This document shows positions 13,191 to 26,463 of a stretch of 64,000 bases of DNA, piece after piece. How positions within the stretch are numbered: position 1 is the stretch's first letter; every line of letters starts with the position of its first letter. The position numbers were made by a program, and so were the translations under genes. This DNA is from Heterodontus francisci (Eukaryota). Location: contig NC_090418.1 of assembly GCF_036365525.1 (NCBI RefSeq), positions 7,418,304-7,482,303 of the forward strand, written 5' to 3'. The notes beneath the pieces are model-generated. The model did no database searches and had not been told where the DNA came from. It saw only the letters and a program-made list of their open reading frames with translations.

Positions 13191-13391
13191 CTCTACCTCT
13201 CCCTCCTGTCTATCTATATGTCTTTCTATCTCCCTCTCTCTGCATGTCTCTATAATCTCCCTCCCTGCCTAGATCTCTTTTTCTCCATCACTCCATCTCT
13301 CTCACTCTCTCTCTCACTATCTCTCTGTTTCTATCTGCCTATGTCTCTCTCTATCACTTCTTCATACCTCTTTATCTCTTTATCAATCACA

Positions 13392-15010
13392 TATCGGAAC
13401 AAGAGGAGGCCATTCAGCCCCTCAAGCCTGTTCTACCAGTGAATGAGATCGTGGCTGATCTGTGACATAACTCCATTTGCCTTTGCCCCATCTCCCTTAA
13501 TAACCTCAGATTTAAAGTTAACAATTGATCCGGCATCAACTGCCATTTGTGGAAGAGAGTTCCAAACTTCTCCCACCCTTTGTGTGTAGAAGTTTCCTCA
13601 TTTCACTCCTGAAAGGTTTGGCTCTAATTTTTACATTGTGCCCCCTCGTCCTAGACTCCACAACCAGAAGAAACAGTTTCTCTCTATCTACCCTATCAGT
13701 TCACCTTAATATCTCGAAAACATCGATCAAATCACCCCTTAACCTTCGAAATTCCAGGGAATACAACCCGAGTTTGTATAATCGCTCCTTGTTAAAAAAA
13801 ATCCTCTGGCTCGCTCCCATCATCTGAAACCTTTCAAGATATCCAGTCACTCTACCTTTAATTATAGACTCTAGTAATTTCCCGACAACAGATGTTAGGC
13901 TAACTGGTCTATAATTCCCTGGATTCCCTCGGCCACCTCGTAAATAGCAAGTTGATGCACAATTTTCCGATCCAAAGGATCGGTTCCTGAATCGAGAGAG
14001 GTTTTGTGACTATAGTTAGGCCGTCTGCAGTGTTCCCATTGACTTCCTTCAAAGCCCTGCCATAGAAAACATCTGGGGATCTGTCAGTCTTTAATCCCAT
14101 TACTTTCTTCATTACCGTTATTGTGCTTATGTTAATTTTGGTGAGTCCCTGTCCCTGATTCAATATTAATCTCCTTGGAATGTCTGGTATTGTGACCTCT
14201 TCCTCTGTAAATACTGATGCAAAGTAGTTATTCAGCATGTATGCCATTTCCTTATTTTCATTGGCGATATCATTGTTATCAGTTTTCAAAGCGTCCACAT
14301 TGTTTCTGACTTTTTCCTTTTAGTTTTAGGTTGTCCCTTATCTCTTTAGTCATCCATGGCTGTCGTTTTTTGGTTCTTGTAGAACTCTTGCCCTTTAGGG
14401 TTTTGTATCACATCAAATTCTTTTTTAAAAAAACACCTCCCACTTATCTTCTGTCATTTTACCCAATAACAGACTCGCCCAGATTACTCTGGACAGTATC
14501 TCATCACATCGGCGCCAACCTCACCTAAATCTTGAATCTTTAGTGGCTGTTTCACATTGTCCCTTTACAGCTCAACATTCAGCTCAGTCATATTATGGTC
14601 ACATTAGATAGATGTTGACACACTATTGGGCTTTCCCTGAAATCTCTCTCATTGCTTGTTATTAAACCTGATATTGAATGCCCCCTTGTTGGTTCTAGGA
14701 GATACCGCTGCTGAAAACACATTCTCTACCTTTCGGACATGAGCTTATTCCAATGTATATGTGAAGTTATAATCCTCCATTAAAACCATTCTGCTTTTGC
14801 TACACGCTTGTCTAATCTCTGCATTAATACAGTCAGCCTCCTAACACCTGGTATGCCTATACACAAATCCCACTAGTCTTAAATCCTTTTCAATTTCTTA
14901 ACCAAAAAAGGCACCAGTACCTGCTTCCCTCTCTTATTATTGCAGTGAGTTTATCCATAACCACTAAAGCTACTCTCCCCCTTGACTACTTGCCCCTATC
15001 TTTCCTGTCG
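13392..15010 (-). mobile_element. Old CR1 fragments
   Basis: MAYMLNNYFASVFTEE motif (13909-14298) and CR1 3' tail at 13400-13790. Confidence 0.7.
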
Positions 15011-15019
15011 AACATAGAC

Positions 15020-15212
15020 CCTTTGAGATAGGTTGATAGGTAAATTGGCCATTATAAAATTGTCACTAGTATAGGTAGGTGGTAGGGAAATATAGGGACA
15101 GGTGGGGATGTTTGGTAGGAATATGGGATTAGTATAAATGGGTGGTTGATGTTCGGCACAGACTCAGTGGGCCGAAGGGCCTGTTTCAGTGCTGTATCTC
15201 TAATCTAATCTA
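15020..15212 (+). mobile_element. V-SINE 3' half
   Basis: Reverse complement of the 3' half of the 12835-13190 element. Confidence 0.8.
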
Positions 15213-16046
15213 ACAAGTCACACCCTCCAGGTTGAATTTGTGTCTGCAGTTCATTCAAATTGTCCCTCACACCCTAATCTGTGCTTCCACTGTATGTTTT
15301 ACTCTAAATTTTCTATTTCTCTCCCCTGCTTTAATCACTTTATATCTTTTGGTTTTCCCTTTATATGTAGTGCCTACAGCACATTTTCCGATTGTTAATC
15401 TATTCTCATTGTCAGCTTGTTTTGGATTTATTATTTATACTTCCATATTTCTATTTGCCCCTCCCTCTATGTAAATTCTCTCTTTCTATCAGTCTCTCCC
15501 CTTCTGTTTCCCCTCTCCGTCCCTCTTTTGCCCTCTACCTCTCCCTCTCAGTCTGTCGATCTCTCTCTATTTCCCTCGTTGCTCCCTAACTGACTGTCTT
15601 TGTCTCTGTCTGTCTCGCTGTCTCTCTCTATTGTTCCTTTTCTGCCTCTCTCTCCCTCTCTATCTCCCCTTCTGCCTCTCTCTTTCTCTGTCTCTATCTC
15701 TCGCAACTTCTTTCTCACTCTCTCCATGTTCTCCACCTGTCTCTCCTCTCTCTCTCCCTCTATGTCTGTATGCCTCACTCTATCCCTCTCCCTCTCACTG
15801 GCAGCCCCCAGTTGCAGTAACCCAGGAGCCTCTGCCTCTTGCACAACAGAAGAGACGCAACAGTCACTGACAAGAACAAACACAACAAAACCACAGTGAA
15901 AGAGAGGGACTGAAGAGAAGTGAGCAGATGACGTTAGTGCCTGGCATCCTGGTGTTGAGTGGGAGTCAGTGATAGTATGAGGGACAGCCTCAGAGAGCAA
16001 CCCAGCACAGAGTCGATCAGCATCCTACACCGTGCGTAATAAGAGC

Positions 16047-16075
16047 TGATAAAACTGATAAAATATATATAAAAG
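16047..16075 (+). promoter_or_regulatory. Putative SPSB promoter: tandem TGATAA (GATA) sites plus TATAAAAG
   Basis: ctgataaaactgataaaatatatataaaag about 195 nt before the ATG; no AG acceptor immediately before the ATG. Confidence 0.3.
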
Positions 16076-16267
16076 GTAGAACTTGTGATCAATTTAGTTA
16101 CAGCTCAAACCCTTTCACAAGTAAGAGAGCGGCAGACTTCGAAATTTAACTGAGGAAACGGGGGAGAGAAATAATTCTAAATCTGATTTATTAATTTAAA
16201 CTTGTGTCAAAAATTAGTCAGTTGAAGTGGAGGAGAGAAAAGATTTTGGTTTGTTTCTTTTTGGAAA

Positions 16268-16958
16268 ATGGGTTTGAATTTGGTCAAGTCCATCAAGGCG
16301 GAGAAGGAGATGTCTTCGAGCCAGGGGCTGCAGCGCTTTCAAGGGCTGGGGGTGCCAACACCAGCCAGTTTGGACTTCTTGCTGGACCTGCCGCCGGTAC
16401 CCAGGGAGGTGCAAGACCGCCACGCTTGGAGCAGCTGGGACCGCTCGCCAAACATGTGCCCGTCGGAGGGCTCAGCGGAGAATTGCGAGCTTGCGGCCCG
16501 CCGGCGCCCGGTGCCCGACAGCACTGACTGCGTGCGGGGCAAGGTGGGCTACCGGCGGGGGCTCCACGTCTGGCAGGTGGGCTGGCCGCCCGGGCAGCGG
16601 GGCAGCCACGCCGCCGTGGGGGTGGGCACGGCCTGCGCCCGCCTCCAGTCGCCCGGCTACCGGGTGCTGCTGGGCGGCGAGGATGGCCAGTCGTGGGCGT
16701 GGGAGCTGGGGGGCAACCGGCTGCACCACGCCGGCAGAGCTGGCCGGCGGTACCCGGAGACGCCCGGGGCCCCGCTGGCCGTGCCCGAGAGATTCCTGGT
16801 CGTGCTGGATTCCGACGAGGGGACGCTGAGCTTCATGGTGGACGGAGAGTACCTGGGAGTGGCCTTCGACGGGTTGAAGGGCAAGACCTTGTATCCCATG
16901 GTCAGCTGCGTCTGGGGCAACACCAGAATAACCCTCACCTACGTTAATGGACTGGACA
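16268..16958 (+). CDS. SPRY domain and SOCS box protein (SPSB1/2/4 family), coding exon 1 (SPRY)
   Basis: LDFLLDLPP, STDCVRGKVGYRRGLHVWQV, QRGSHAAVGV, SWAWEL, VVLDSDEGTLSFMVDGEYLGVAF, LYPMVSCVWG; phase-1 donor GAC A|GTAAGT; GC/CpG-rich exon. Confidence 0.93.
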
Positions 16959-18819
16959 GTAAGTGAGCAAAGACGGGTACGGGCAGAAGAGGGTTCAGTT
17001 CATGCTTTGGGGGCGCAGTTGCTAATTCCGGCCGCAAATTAGAACCTTAGGACGGTTACGGCACCGAAGGAGGCCATTCGGCCCATCGTGTCCGTACTGG
17101 CTCTCCGAAAAACACAATTCCCTCACTTCCAACATTTTCTCTTCTGGTGCTTCCTTTTGAAAGCCCCGATTGGGAAACAACCCGATTGTAATTATCCTGA
17201 TTTTTTTTTTTAATTACTGAAAATGACCTTTAAAAAAAAACAGAGAACAGAACGGTTTTCGAGTTACACTGGATTGCAAACGCCTCAGTAAAGGCTTTAA
17301 AACAAAAAAAGGATCGCTTCAAAACCTTGTCAGTGCCCTAATGCTTAAAAAAAAAAGCCGGCTTGATTTCTGTTGGCGCTTTGAGGACCCGCACATGACC
17401 ACAGATAGCGCTGACCCCAAACTTGGAGTTCTATTCCTCCTTGAGGGGGGTCCAGTTTTGTAGATGGGGCGGGGGGGGGGGGGGGGGGTGGGGGGAAGAT
17501 CCTGCTTCCAGCACAATGCGTTTAAAACTAGCGCACACAAACAAATCGAGGAAATTCGAGTAGTGCTCAGAATTCCACTAATCGAGTAGAAACTCCAGAC
17601 CCACCGGACATTTCTGTCAGGTGCCAGTGTTCACTAGGGTGCTGTGCACAGTTTGCGATCAGTATTAAACTGGAGAAAGTGCAAGAATAGATGTACTGGA
17701 ATAATATCAGAACTGAGAGGCTGGGGCTCTTTTCTCTAGAAAAGAGAAGGCAGAGTTGTGGGGAAATGACCCCGATAGAGGTCTTTAAGATTATGAGAGG
17801 GTTCGATAAGGTAGACGTAGGGAAGACGGTTCCACTTGTGGGGGAGACCAGAACTAGGGGCCATCAATATAAGACAAACAGTCACAAATACATCCAGTCG
17901 GGAATTCGGGAAAACCGCTTTACCCAGAGAGATGCTGAGACTGGGACAGTAAGTAGCAAACAACGAGAGAAATAGAGGGAGAGTAAAAGACAGAAAGTGA
18001 GAGACACAGACAGAAAGAGAGAGAGGAGCGGACACAGTCATCTAGTTGTCAAGTTACCGCACCAGTCAGAATGAGATTTTGAATTCAGTTTAAATCACAT
18101 GATTAGAACAAGCTGGTATCAGTCAAAGTGACCCTGATACTTGTAAATAAACCTTTTCAGTGTCCTTGAACAAATAACTTGGCCTATACGTGACCCCAGT
18201 CAACAGCACAGGCTTTGTCAGTCAGACATGAGGCAGGCATGCGGGAGTCTGCACCCTTGGCGGAGTTACAGAACAGCAAAGGGTCTTCACCCCATGGTCG
18301 ATCAGCCACCGAGGCTGCCTAGGCTGATACTCGTTGCTTGGAAACTGTCAGCTCGTGGGCAATCCTGCAGGTGGTTGGCTAGCACTGTGTTAATACGCCA
18401 GGCATCTATTTTAAGATGGGGCAGGATTGGTGCGGAGGGAGCGGGGGGCGGTTTGAGGGGGGTGGGGTGGGGTAAAGTGAGAACGGGAATTCAGGGGGTC
18501 AGAGATAATTTTTTTTTGAAAGAAATCAGGTCCGGCCTTTGCCCGCCTGACTATTGAGCCGCCCGGGAGAGGGCGAGCCCGCGGGTGGCGAGGCAGCCTC
18601 CGGATGGAGCTCCTGCGCGATGCCCACTGCAGTCGAATAGGCTGGTGCCTGACCGCATTACCGGAGGGAAGCAGGGGTGGAGCAGCGGGGAGGTGTTGGG
18701 GGGAGGGGGTAAGAGGAGAGGAGTGGGGGGGGGGGGGGGGGGGGGAGGGAAAGCGGAGTCGAAAACGGACTTTAAGCCAGAAGAATCTCTTGCTGAGGGG
18801 TGGTCTCTCCGTTCCACAG

Positions 18820-18947
18820 GGCAGCCGCTGACTCTCGCTGATCTCTGCCGACGACGTATTCGGCAGGCGCTGGGGAAAGATCGAATCTCAGCAGTCGAGT
18901 CGTTACCACTGCCTCTCACCATCAAGACATATTTACAGTGCTCCTGA
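18820..18947 (+). CDS. SPSB coding exon 2 (SOCS box)
   Basis: Acceptor ctccgttccacag|; in frame with exon 1, giving GLDRQPLTLADLCRRRIRQALG...LPLPLTIKTYLQCS*; spliced protein 272 aa. Confidence 0.92.
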
Positions 18948-19043
18948 AAGAGGGAGGCAGAGAGAGAGAGAGAGAGAGAGATTGAGCACCTGACTGCAAA
19001 CACCAGATCAACTCCAAGCTTATTATTTATGTATCCATTATGA

Positions 19044-19049
19044 AATAAA
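19044..19049 (+). terminator. Polyadenylation signal of the SPSB gene
   Basis: AATAAA about 100 nt after the stop, followed by a GT/T-rich stretch; ATTTA upstream. Confidence 0.7.
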
Positions 19050-22000
19050 ATTATTGATTGAATCCCGTTGTTTTGTTGAGTTTTTAACAAATGCTAGACC
19101 CCCTTCATTGAGCGGTTCGCCATTAAATCACCACCTGCAAGTTGCCCTCCAAGACACACACCATCCTGACTTGGAACTATATCGGCCGTTCCTTCACTGT
19201 CGCTGGGTCAAAATCCTGGAACTCCCTTCCTAACAGCACTGTGGGTGCACCTACCTCACACGGACTGCAGCAGTTCAAGAAGGCAGCTCACCACCACCTT
19301 CTCAAGGGCAATTAGGGATGGGCAATAACTGGCCGAGCCTCTCTCCATCTCACTTTCGTTCTTTCTCTATCTCTTTCTCGTTCTGTCTGTCACTTTCTGC
19401 CTCTGTCTCTATCTCTTAATCTGTCTCACAATCACTGTTCTCTCTCCCTGTCCAGACCAGATTATAATCTCGGCCTAGAGTTGAGTGTGAGGACTGTAGG
19501 CCCTCAGGAGACTCACTCAGATGCCCTGGACACAAGGCCAAGGCCAGTCTAACTCCTGGGCTTCATTAACGTGACTCTAGGCCCAACTCCGGCCTGAGCC
19601 TGGTGGGGATAACATGGGGCAGGCGGGTGGGAGGGGGCAGAGAAGGCCACGGGGATGATCCCCGTCAGCGAGGTAACTGAATCAGGGATGGATGGTGGTG
19701 ATGGAGTGGGTTAGTTTGGGACGTGGTAAGAGGAGGTCCTGTTCCGGGCTTTGCTGCTCTTTGCTGCCTCCCTGAGGCTAGCAACCAGAGCCAACTGAGC
19801 TTTGAGTGTGAAATTGAGACCCAGACTCCTCTGTGGGTGAGGGCCTCAAATGCCTCCCGAAACCGGGGAGCAAAATTGGGGATCGGGGTGAGTGAGCAGT
19901 TTAAGAATTTAAGAACTGTTGGAATCAGCCATTAGTCCCAATGGGGGAATACCGGAAAGTGCAGGTGGGAGGGAGTTTTGGGAGCTTTTCTTTGTGCATT
20001 TACTTATTCCTGGCATCCCTGGCAAGGCCGGCATTTAGTGCCCATTCCTAGTTGCCCTCGAGAAGGTGGTGGCGAGCCGCCATCTTGAACGGCTGCAGTC
20101 CGTGTGGGGGGGTAGGTACACCCGCAGTGCTTTTAGAGAGAGAGTTCCAGGATTTTGACCTAGTGACGGTGACGGAACGGCCGATAAGCAAGCACGTTGA
20201 GACGGTGAACGCGACTTGGAGGTGACGGTGCTCCTTTGCGATGCTTCCCGCCCCCCCCCCCCTCCCCCCCATGGCGGAATAGCTCGCTGCCACTGATTGC
20301 CGTGCTGTGAGGCGTAGGGACAGGGGCTGGGGCCTGTGGTTCTGCAGGAAAGGGGGCGATGGGAGGGGAGTTGTGGGTGGGGGAGAGAGGATGAAGATAT
20401 TTAACCCAATGACTGATACTGGACAAGCACTGATGGAATTAAATCAACCCTTGTTTCTTTCTAAATTCCCTCTCGGAACGTGACAGAGCGGAGGAGGGTC
20501 AGGATTAACCTGGAAAAATAGCTGAGTCTCTCTCGTGACCCACCCCCCCCCCCCCCTCCCTCCCCCCACAATCCCGTCTGAGAAACGTCCTTTTTTATTC
20601 TCGGACATCGACTGTCAGCAATTCCTGCTCCCCCTGCAGTTACTCAGAATGTCAGCAACACTGCAAGATTATTAATGCGCAACTCCATAGCTTCTGACCT
20701 TCTCGCACATGTCGCCTGTCGTTTCATGAACAATCAATTAATCCTTTCGGACGAGGGCTGTAGCTGCACAAGAGGCTGACTGGATGTCTTGAGGAGAGGA
20801 CCACTTATTAAATGAGGCCTTGGCACAGTGAGTATTCAGCCACACAACTGTTCAGCTCTGTTGTAGCATTAGGCGTCAGTGCTTTCTCTCGGCTATTTTC
20901 TTTTTCTGTCAATGGCTTTACTGAGTGAGAGTCAGTGCTGAAGGAAAACTGATTGAGAGAGAGAGAGAGAGAGAGCTGGAGAAAGAGGTGAGGAGATACA
21001 GAAAGAGTCGGGGACATGGGGGGGGGGCGAGGAGGAGGAGGAGAGGGTGGGGACGCAAGACGGAAAGAGGGACAGATGCAGAGAGAGGGGAAAGGGAGAT
21101 GGAGACAGGTGGCGATGGAAAGAGGGGGAGAGAGGGAGGGAGAAAGAGGGGGAGAGAGGGAGGGAGAAAGAGGGGGAGAGAGGGAGGGAGAAAGAGGGGG
21201 AGAGAGGGAGACTAAAAGGGAGCCAGCTGGGAGAGAATAAAGAGGAAAGCGAGAGAGAGAGAAGGAGGTAGGAGACGGATGGAGAGAAAAGGTGGAAAGA
21301 CGGGGAGCAAGAGAGCAGAGAAGATGGTGAAGGAGGAAGGGAGGAGGACAACTGCTGCCCTGGAGGAATCATTGTCTGTGAAAGCTGAAGGGACAAACTT
21401 GATGGTAAACACAGTGAAAGCACAGTCACAAAAGGCCTACAATAGCCTGCTGCAGGGCTCAATAGCAGCACAGCTGTGTGGTATTGTGCTCAAAGGTGAC
21501 AACTGTCTGTGATGGCCGGAGGGCGGCAGTTGGCGGGGGGTGGGGGGGGTGGGGGCTGCGATTTTTTTAGCCTCGTATCCGGGCATTTTCACTCCCCCCA
21601 CCCCTGAGTCAGCAGGCTGAGGGAGCACAGCAGAGCCAGACTCTGGCCAGCGGCGGTACTGAGGGAACAGCCGTCTTACTGAGGTGTCCCCACACGTCAA
21701 AGATCCCACAGCTGTTATTGTGGGGGGGGGGGGGAAATGTTTAACCCTCGACCAGCATCGCTGGAAGAAAAGATTCATTTCATTGGCCAGCTTGTGGGAT
21801 CTTGCTGTCCCCAAAATGGCTCCGGCACAAACGTCAAGCGCTGCACCTTGTGCGAGCCAGTGGGGTGGCAGAGTGACTGTTGGCCGGTGTGTGTGGTGGG
21901 GGGAAATGGAACGCCATAATCTTCCGGAATGTTCCACGGCAATTTTGGGATGAGGTTGACAGTTGGGAGGTGGTTTTGGCGGGGCGGGAAGGAGCAGAAG

Positions 22001-22639
22001 GAGGGACTGTCGACATCACTCTGCAGTGATTCCCGTGATGAGGATACGGCCTGGGAGATGGGGAGGGGGTTGCTGAACAACCACAAATGACTCTGCTGTT
22101 TCCCAAGTGCCAGGGATTGATGAGTCAGCAACCTAGGGGTTCAGCAGCTCGGTGATTCCTGCTGACTGCGTCCCCGACCATCGGGCGAGGTCAAGAGCAG
22201 CTGCGAAGCCCCACACAGTCGGAGAGCCAACGCTTGCTGCCCTGGCGCATCGCAAGCCACCTTGTTTCGTTGGCGGTGGGGTTACATGCAGGAGGGGCAT
22301 TCGAACCTTTCTTTGGGGGATGGGAGGGGAAGCCCCGTCAGGCAATTCCACTGCAAAGGCATCACTGGCAAGCCCAGACTGGGGATCAAACACCTGCTCC
22401 TGGTCTGAATGGCGGAGCATTAACTGGAAAGGATGGCAGAAGAGGAGACACATCAGTTCCTGACCTGATCTCGCACTCTCCGTAAATTTGAACTCTGCTT
22501 TCCAGATCCTAACTCACAGCGAGTCCCGTTAACCCGTCACCCACCCCTGTGGCTCCCAGTCCGACAACACCTCAGTTTTAAAATTCTCTCTCCATTTTCA
22601 AATCTTTCACTAACCACGTACCCTACACATCTCTGTCAC

Positions 22640-22772
22640 CTCCCAGGGCAGGTACAGCATGGGGGGGTTAGATACAGAGTAAAGCTCCCTCTACACTGTC
22701 CCAGCAAACACTCCCCAGGACAGGTACAGCATGGGGGTTAGATACAGAGTAAAGCTCCCTCTGCACTGTCCC
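22640..22772. repeat. Two units of a ~70-bp satellite
   Basis: caggtacagcatgggggttagatacagagtaaagctccctct(a/g)cactgtccc occurs twice. Confidence 0.8.
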
Positions 22773-23011
22773 ACTTCTACATGTTCTGGACCTGCGCGTG
22801 ACTCCTGTTCCTTCGCTGCCCACTGAGCATGTCCTGCACATGAGACACATACACACACATACATACTCACAAATGTAGGTGATTGAGCAGTACAAGTTCT
22901 AGGTGGCTCTATGCTCACAGTTAGTGATTACCAGTTGCAGTTGAAATGTGCTACCTGTTACCTGTCTCTCTCTCTCTCTCTCTTACAGGTTGAGCTGCGG
23001 AGGTTACAACA

Positions 23012-23075
23012 ATGGTTGGACGATGGGTTTTGCTGCTTCTACTGTTGATGACGATCACTCTGAGCTCAGCAAAGA
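23012..23075 (+). CDS. Signal-peptide exon of a single-IgV, GPI-anchor-like protein
   Basis: MVGRWVLLLLLLMTITLSSAK plus phase-1 donor A|GTAAGT; upstream acceptor tcttacag at 22981-22988 implies a non-coding first exon. Confidence 0.85.
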
Positions 23076-24364
23076 GTAAGTATTTCCATTGGGTTTACCC
23101 TCCGGCCCAATCTACCCCTCCGCACTTTTTGTCACCTCTGGACTTGACCTTTCCAAGGCATTCCTAACCGGCCTCCCACATTCTACCCTCCAAAAACTCG
23201 AGGGCATCCAAAAGTCTGCTGCCCCATGTCCCAACTCACACCGAGTCCCTTTCATCCCTCAGCCCCTGTGCTCACTGATCTAAACTGCATCCCAGTCCAG
23301 TAACACATCAATTTTAAAATTCTCATCCTCGTTTTCCAATCCCTCAGTGGCCTCCTCCCTCCCTAGCTCTGTATCCTCCTCCTCCTCCTCCTCCTGCCAA
23401 AACCCTCCGAGATCTCTGCGCTCCGCCAATTCTGGCCTCTTTCCATCGTTGAGCCTTTTATTGAACAACCAAGGCGAATCCAATTGGGTAATTCAGAGTG
23501 TTCGCTTTCTGATTGGCCGTGGCAAGGTAGGGCAGCGTGAGGATTGACGTGTCAGTCGGCCAATGGTGGGAGAGGATGGGGGAGGGTGCGTGGCTGTCTG
23601 GGGGACGTCATGTGATGGATCCTGCCAGAAGGCGTCCAACCAGAATTGTCGGCCTTACCAAAAGGTGCCACGCGCTCATCCCGCCAAGAGAAAGAGGTTC
23701 AATGCCAACCTGAACCCCCCCCCCCCCCCCCCCACAAAATAGCTGAGACATGCCGCGGTAATGCTGAGGTGGGATCAAGACAAACGGCTGGGACGAGCCC
23801 CAAATAAACTAGTGGGAATTGTAGACTCGCAACTGGCTCCAGTTGAGCAATAGGAAGATGGAAGCCCTCGGCTCCAGACCGCAGCACTGTCTCTGTTCCC
23901 TCGCTGCTTAATCTGACAGAGGGGAAGAGGAGTAACAGTACAGTGAGGGACAGCGTGAAACGGTAGAGTGGGAGTGAATCCCAGCTCATGGTGTTTAACG
24001 AGCGACACCCGCAGAGCAAGACTGGTCAATGACGTGTGTCCGGGCTGGAGGAGGTGCAGGAATTGGGGCTACGTGTCCTGAGAGCAAGTGGGGACCTGCA
24101 GCATCTAGTTCCCCATTATCCCACATCCCATACCACCCCTATCAGCAAACCCATCATTCCATCCACCGCCTTCTGTCCCCAGCAACTGAATCGTCTCGCC
24201 AGGCAAAGATCCCGCCTGATGCAAGTAGCTCGTTGAGGTCTGTTCACAGTTTGGTTTGTCCCAGGTGCTCTCCCTTGGTGATGGTGTGTGTGCGTGTGTG
24301 TGTGTGCGCATGTGTGTCAGACCCATGAGCATGTGTGCTTGTGAGCCAAGTGTGCTCTCTCAAT

Positions 24365-26440
24365 AACCCTGAGTGTGAATTCTCGGTAACTCCAAGTGTC
24401 AGCTCTAAGTAACTCCGAGTGTGAACTCTCAGTTATCCTGAGTGTGAACTCTCAGTTACCCCGAGTGTGAGTTCTCAGTAACTCCGAGTGTGAGTTCTCA
24501 GTAACTCCGAGTGTAAGTTCTCAGTAACTCCGAGTGTGAACTCTCATTAACTCTGAGTGTGAACTCTCATTAACTCTGAGTGTGAACTCTCAGTAACTCC
24601 GAGTGGGAACGCTCAGTAACTCTGAATGGGAACTCTCAGTAACTCCGAGTGTGAGTTCTCAGTAACTCCGAGTGTGAGTTCTCAGTAACTCCGAGTGTGA
24701 ACTCTCATTAACTCTGAATGGGAACTCTCAGTAACTCCGAGTGTGAGTTTCCAGTAACCCCGAGTGTGAGTTCTCAGTAACCCCGAGTGTGAACTCTCAG
24801 TAACTCCAAGTGTGAGTTTCCAGTAACTCCAAGTGTGAACTCTCAGTAACTCCGAACGTGAACTCTCAGTAACTCCGAACGTGAACTCTCAGTAACTCCG
24901 AATGTGAACTCTCAGTAACTCCGAGTGTGAGTTATCAGTAACTCCGAGTGTGAGTTATCAGTAGCTCCGAGTGCGAGTTCTCAGTAACTCCGAGTGTGAG
25001 TTATCAGTAACTCCGAGTGTGAGTTATCAGTAGCTCCGAGTGCGAGTTCTCAGTAACTCCGAGTGTGAGTTCTCAGTAACTCCGAGTGTGAGTTCTCAGT
25101 AACTCTGAGTGTGAACTCTCAGTAACTCTGAGAGTGAGTTCTCAGTAACTCTGAGTGTGAACTCTCAGTAACTCCGAGTGTGAGTTATCAGTAACTCCGA
25201 GTGTGAGTTATCAGTAGCTCCGAGTGCGAGTTCTCAGTAACTCCGAGTGTGAGTTATCAGTAACTCCGAGTGTGAGTTATCAGTAGCTCCGAGTGCGAGT
25301 TCTCAGTAACTCCGAGTGTGAGTTCTCAGTAACTCTGAGTGTGAACTCTCAGTAACTCTGAGAGTGAGTTCTCAGTAACTCTGAGAGTGAGTTCTCAGTA
25401 ACTCTGAGTGTGAATTCTCAGTAATTCTGAGTGTGAGTTCTCCATAACTCCGAGTGTGAACTCTCAGTAACTCCGAGTGCGAGTTCTCAGTAACTCTGAG
25501 TGTGAGTTCTCAGTAACTCTGAGTGTGAACTCTCAGTAACTCTGAGAGTGAGTTCTCAGTAACTCTGAGAGTGAGTTCTCAGTAACTCCGAGTGTGAATT
25601 CTCAGTAATTCTGAGTGTGAGTTCTCCATAACTCCGAGTGTGAACTCTCAGTAACTCCGAGTGTGAATTCTCAGTAACTCTGAGTGTGAACTCTCAGTAA
25701 CTCTGAGTGTGAACTCTCAGTAACTCCGAGTGTGAGTTATCAGTAACTCCGAGTGTGAGTTATCAGTAGCTCCGAGTGCGAGTTCTCAGTAACTCCGAGT
25801 GTGAGTTATCAGTAACTCCGAGTGTGAGTTATCAGTAGCTCCGAGTGCGAGTTCTCAGTAACTCCGAGTGTGAGTTCTCAGTAACTCCGAGTGTGAGTTC
25901 TCAGTAACTCTGAGTGTGAACTCTCAGTAACTCTGAGAGTGAGTTCTCAGTAACTCTGAGTGTGAACTCTCAGTAACTCCGAGTGTGAGTTATCAGTAAC
26001 TCCGAGTGTGAGTTATCAGTAACTCCGAGTGTGAGTTATCAGTATCTCCGAGTGCGAGTTCTCAGTAACTCCGAGTGTGAGTTATCAGTAACTCCGAGTG
26101 TGAGTTATCAGTAGCTCCGAGTGCGAGTTCTCAGTAACTCCGAGTGTGAGTTCTCAGTAACTCTGAGTGTGAACTCTCAGTAACTCTGAGAGTGAGTTCT
26201 CAGTAACTCTGAGAGTGAGTTCTCAGTAACTCTGAGTGTGAATTCTCAGTAATTCTGAGTGTGAGTTCTCCATAACTCCGAGTGTGAACTTTCAGTAACT
26301 CCGAGTGTGAATTCTCAGTAACTCTGAGAGTGAGTTCTCAGTAACTCTGAGTGTGAATTCTCAGTAATTCTGAGTGTGAGTTCTCCATAACTCCGAGTGT
26401 GAACTCTCAGTAACTCCGAGTGTGAATTCTCAGTAACTCC
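24365..26440. repeat. 23-bp tandem minisatellite (about 90 units), intronic
   Basis: Unit actccgagtgtgagttctcagta with recurring variant blocks; ends at the polypyrimidine tract of the V exon. Confidence 0.97.
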
Positions 26441-26463
26441 GTGTGTTTATCCCTTTGCTGCAG

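Noticed and set aside
24365-26440. CRISPR-like regular array
   Set aside because: Head-to-tail units with no unique spacers, in a vertebrate intron
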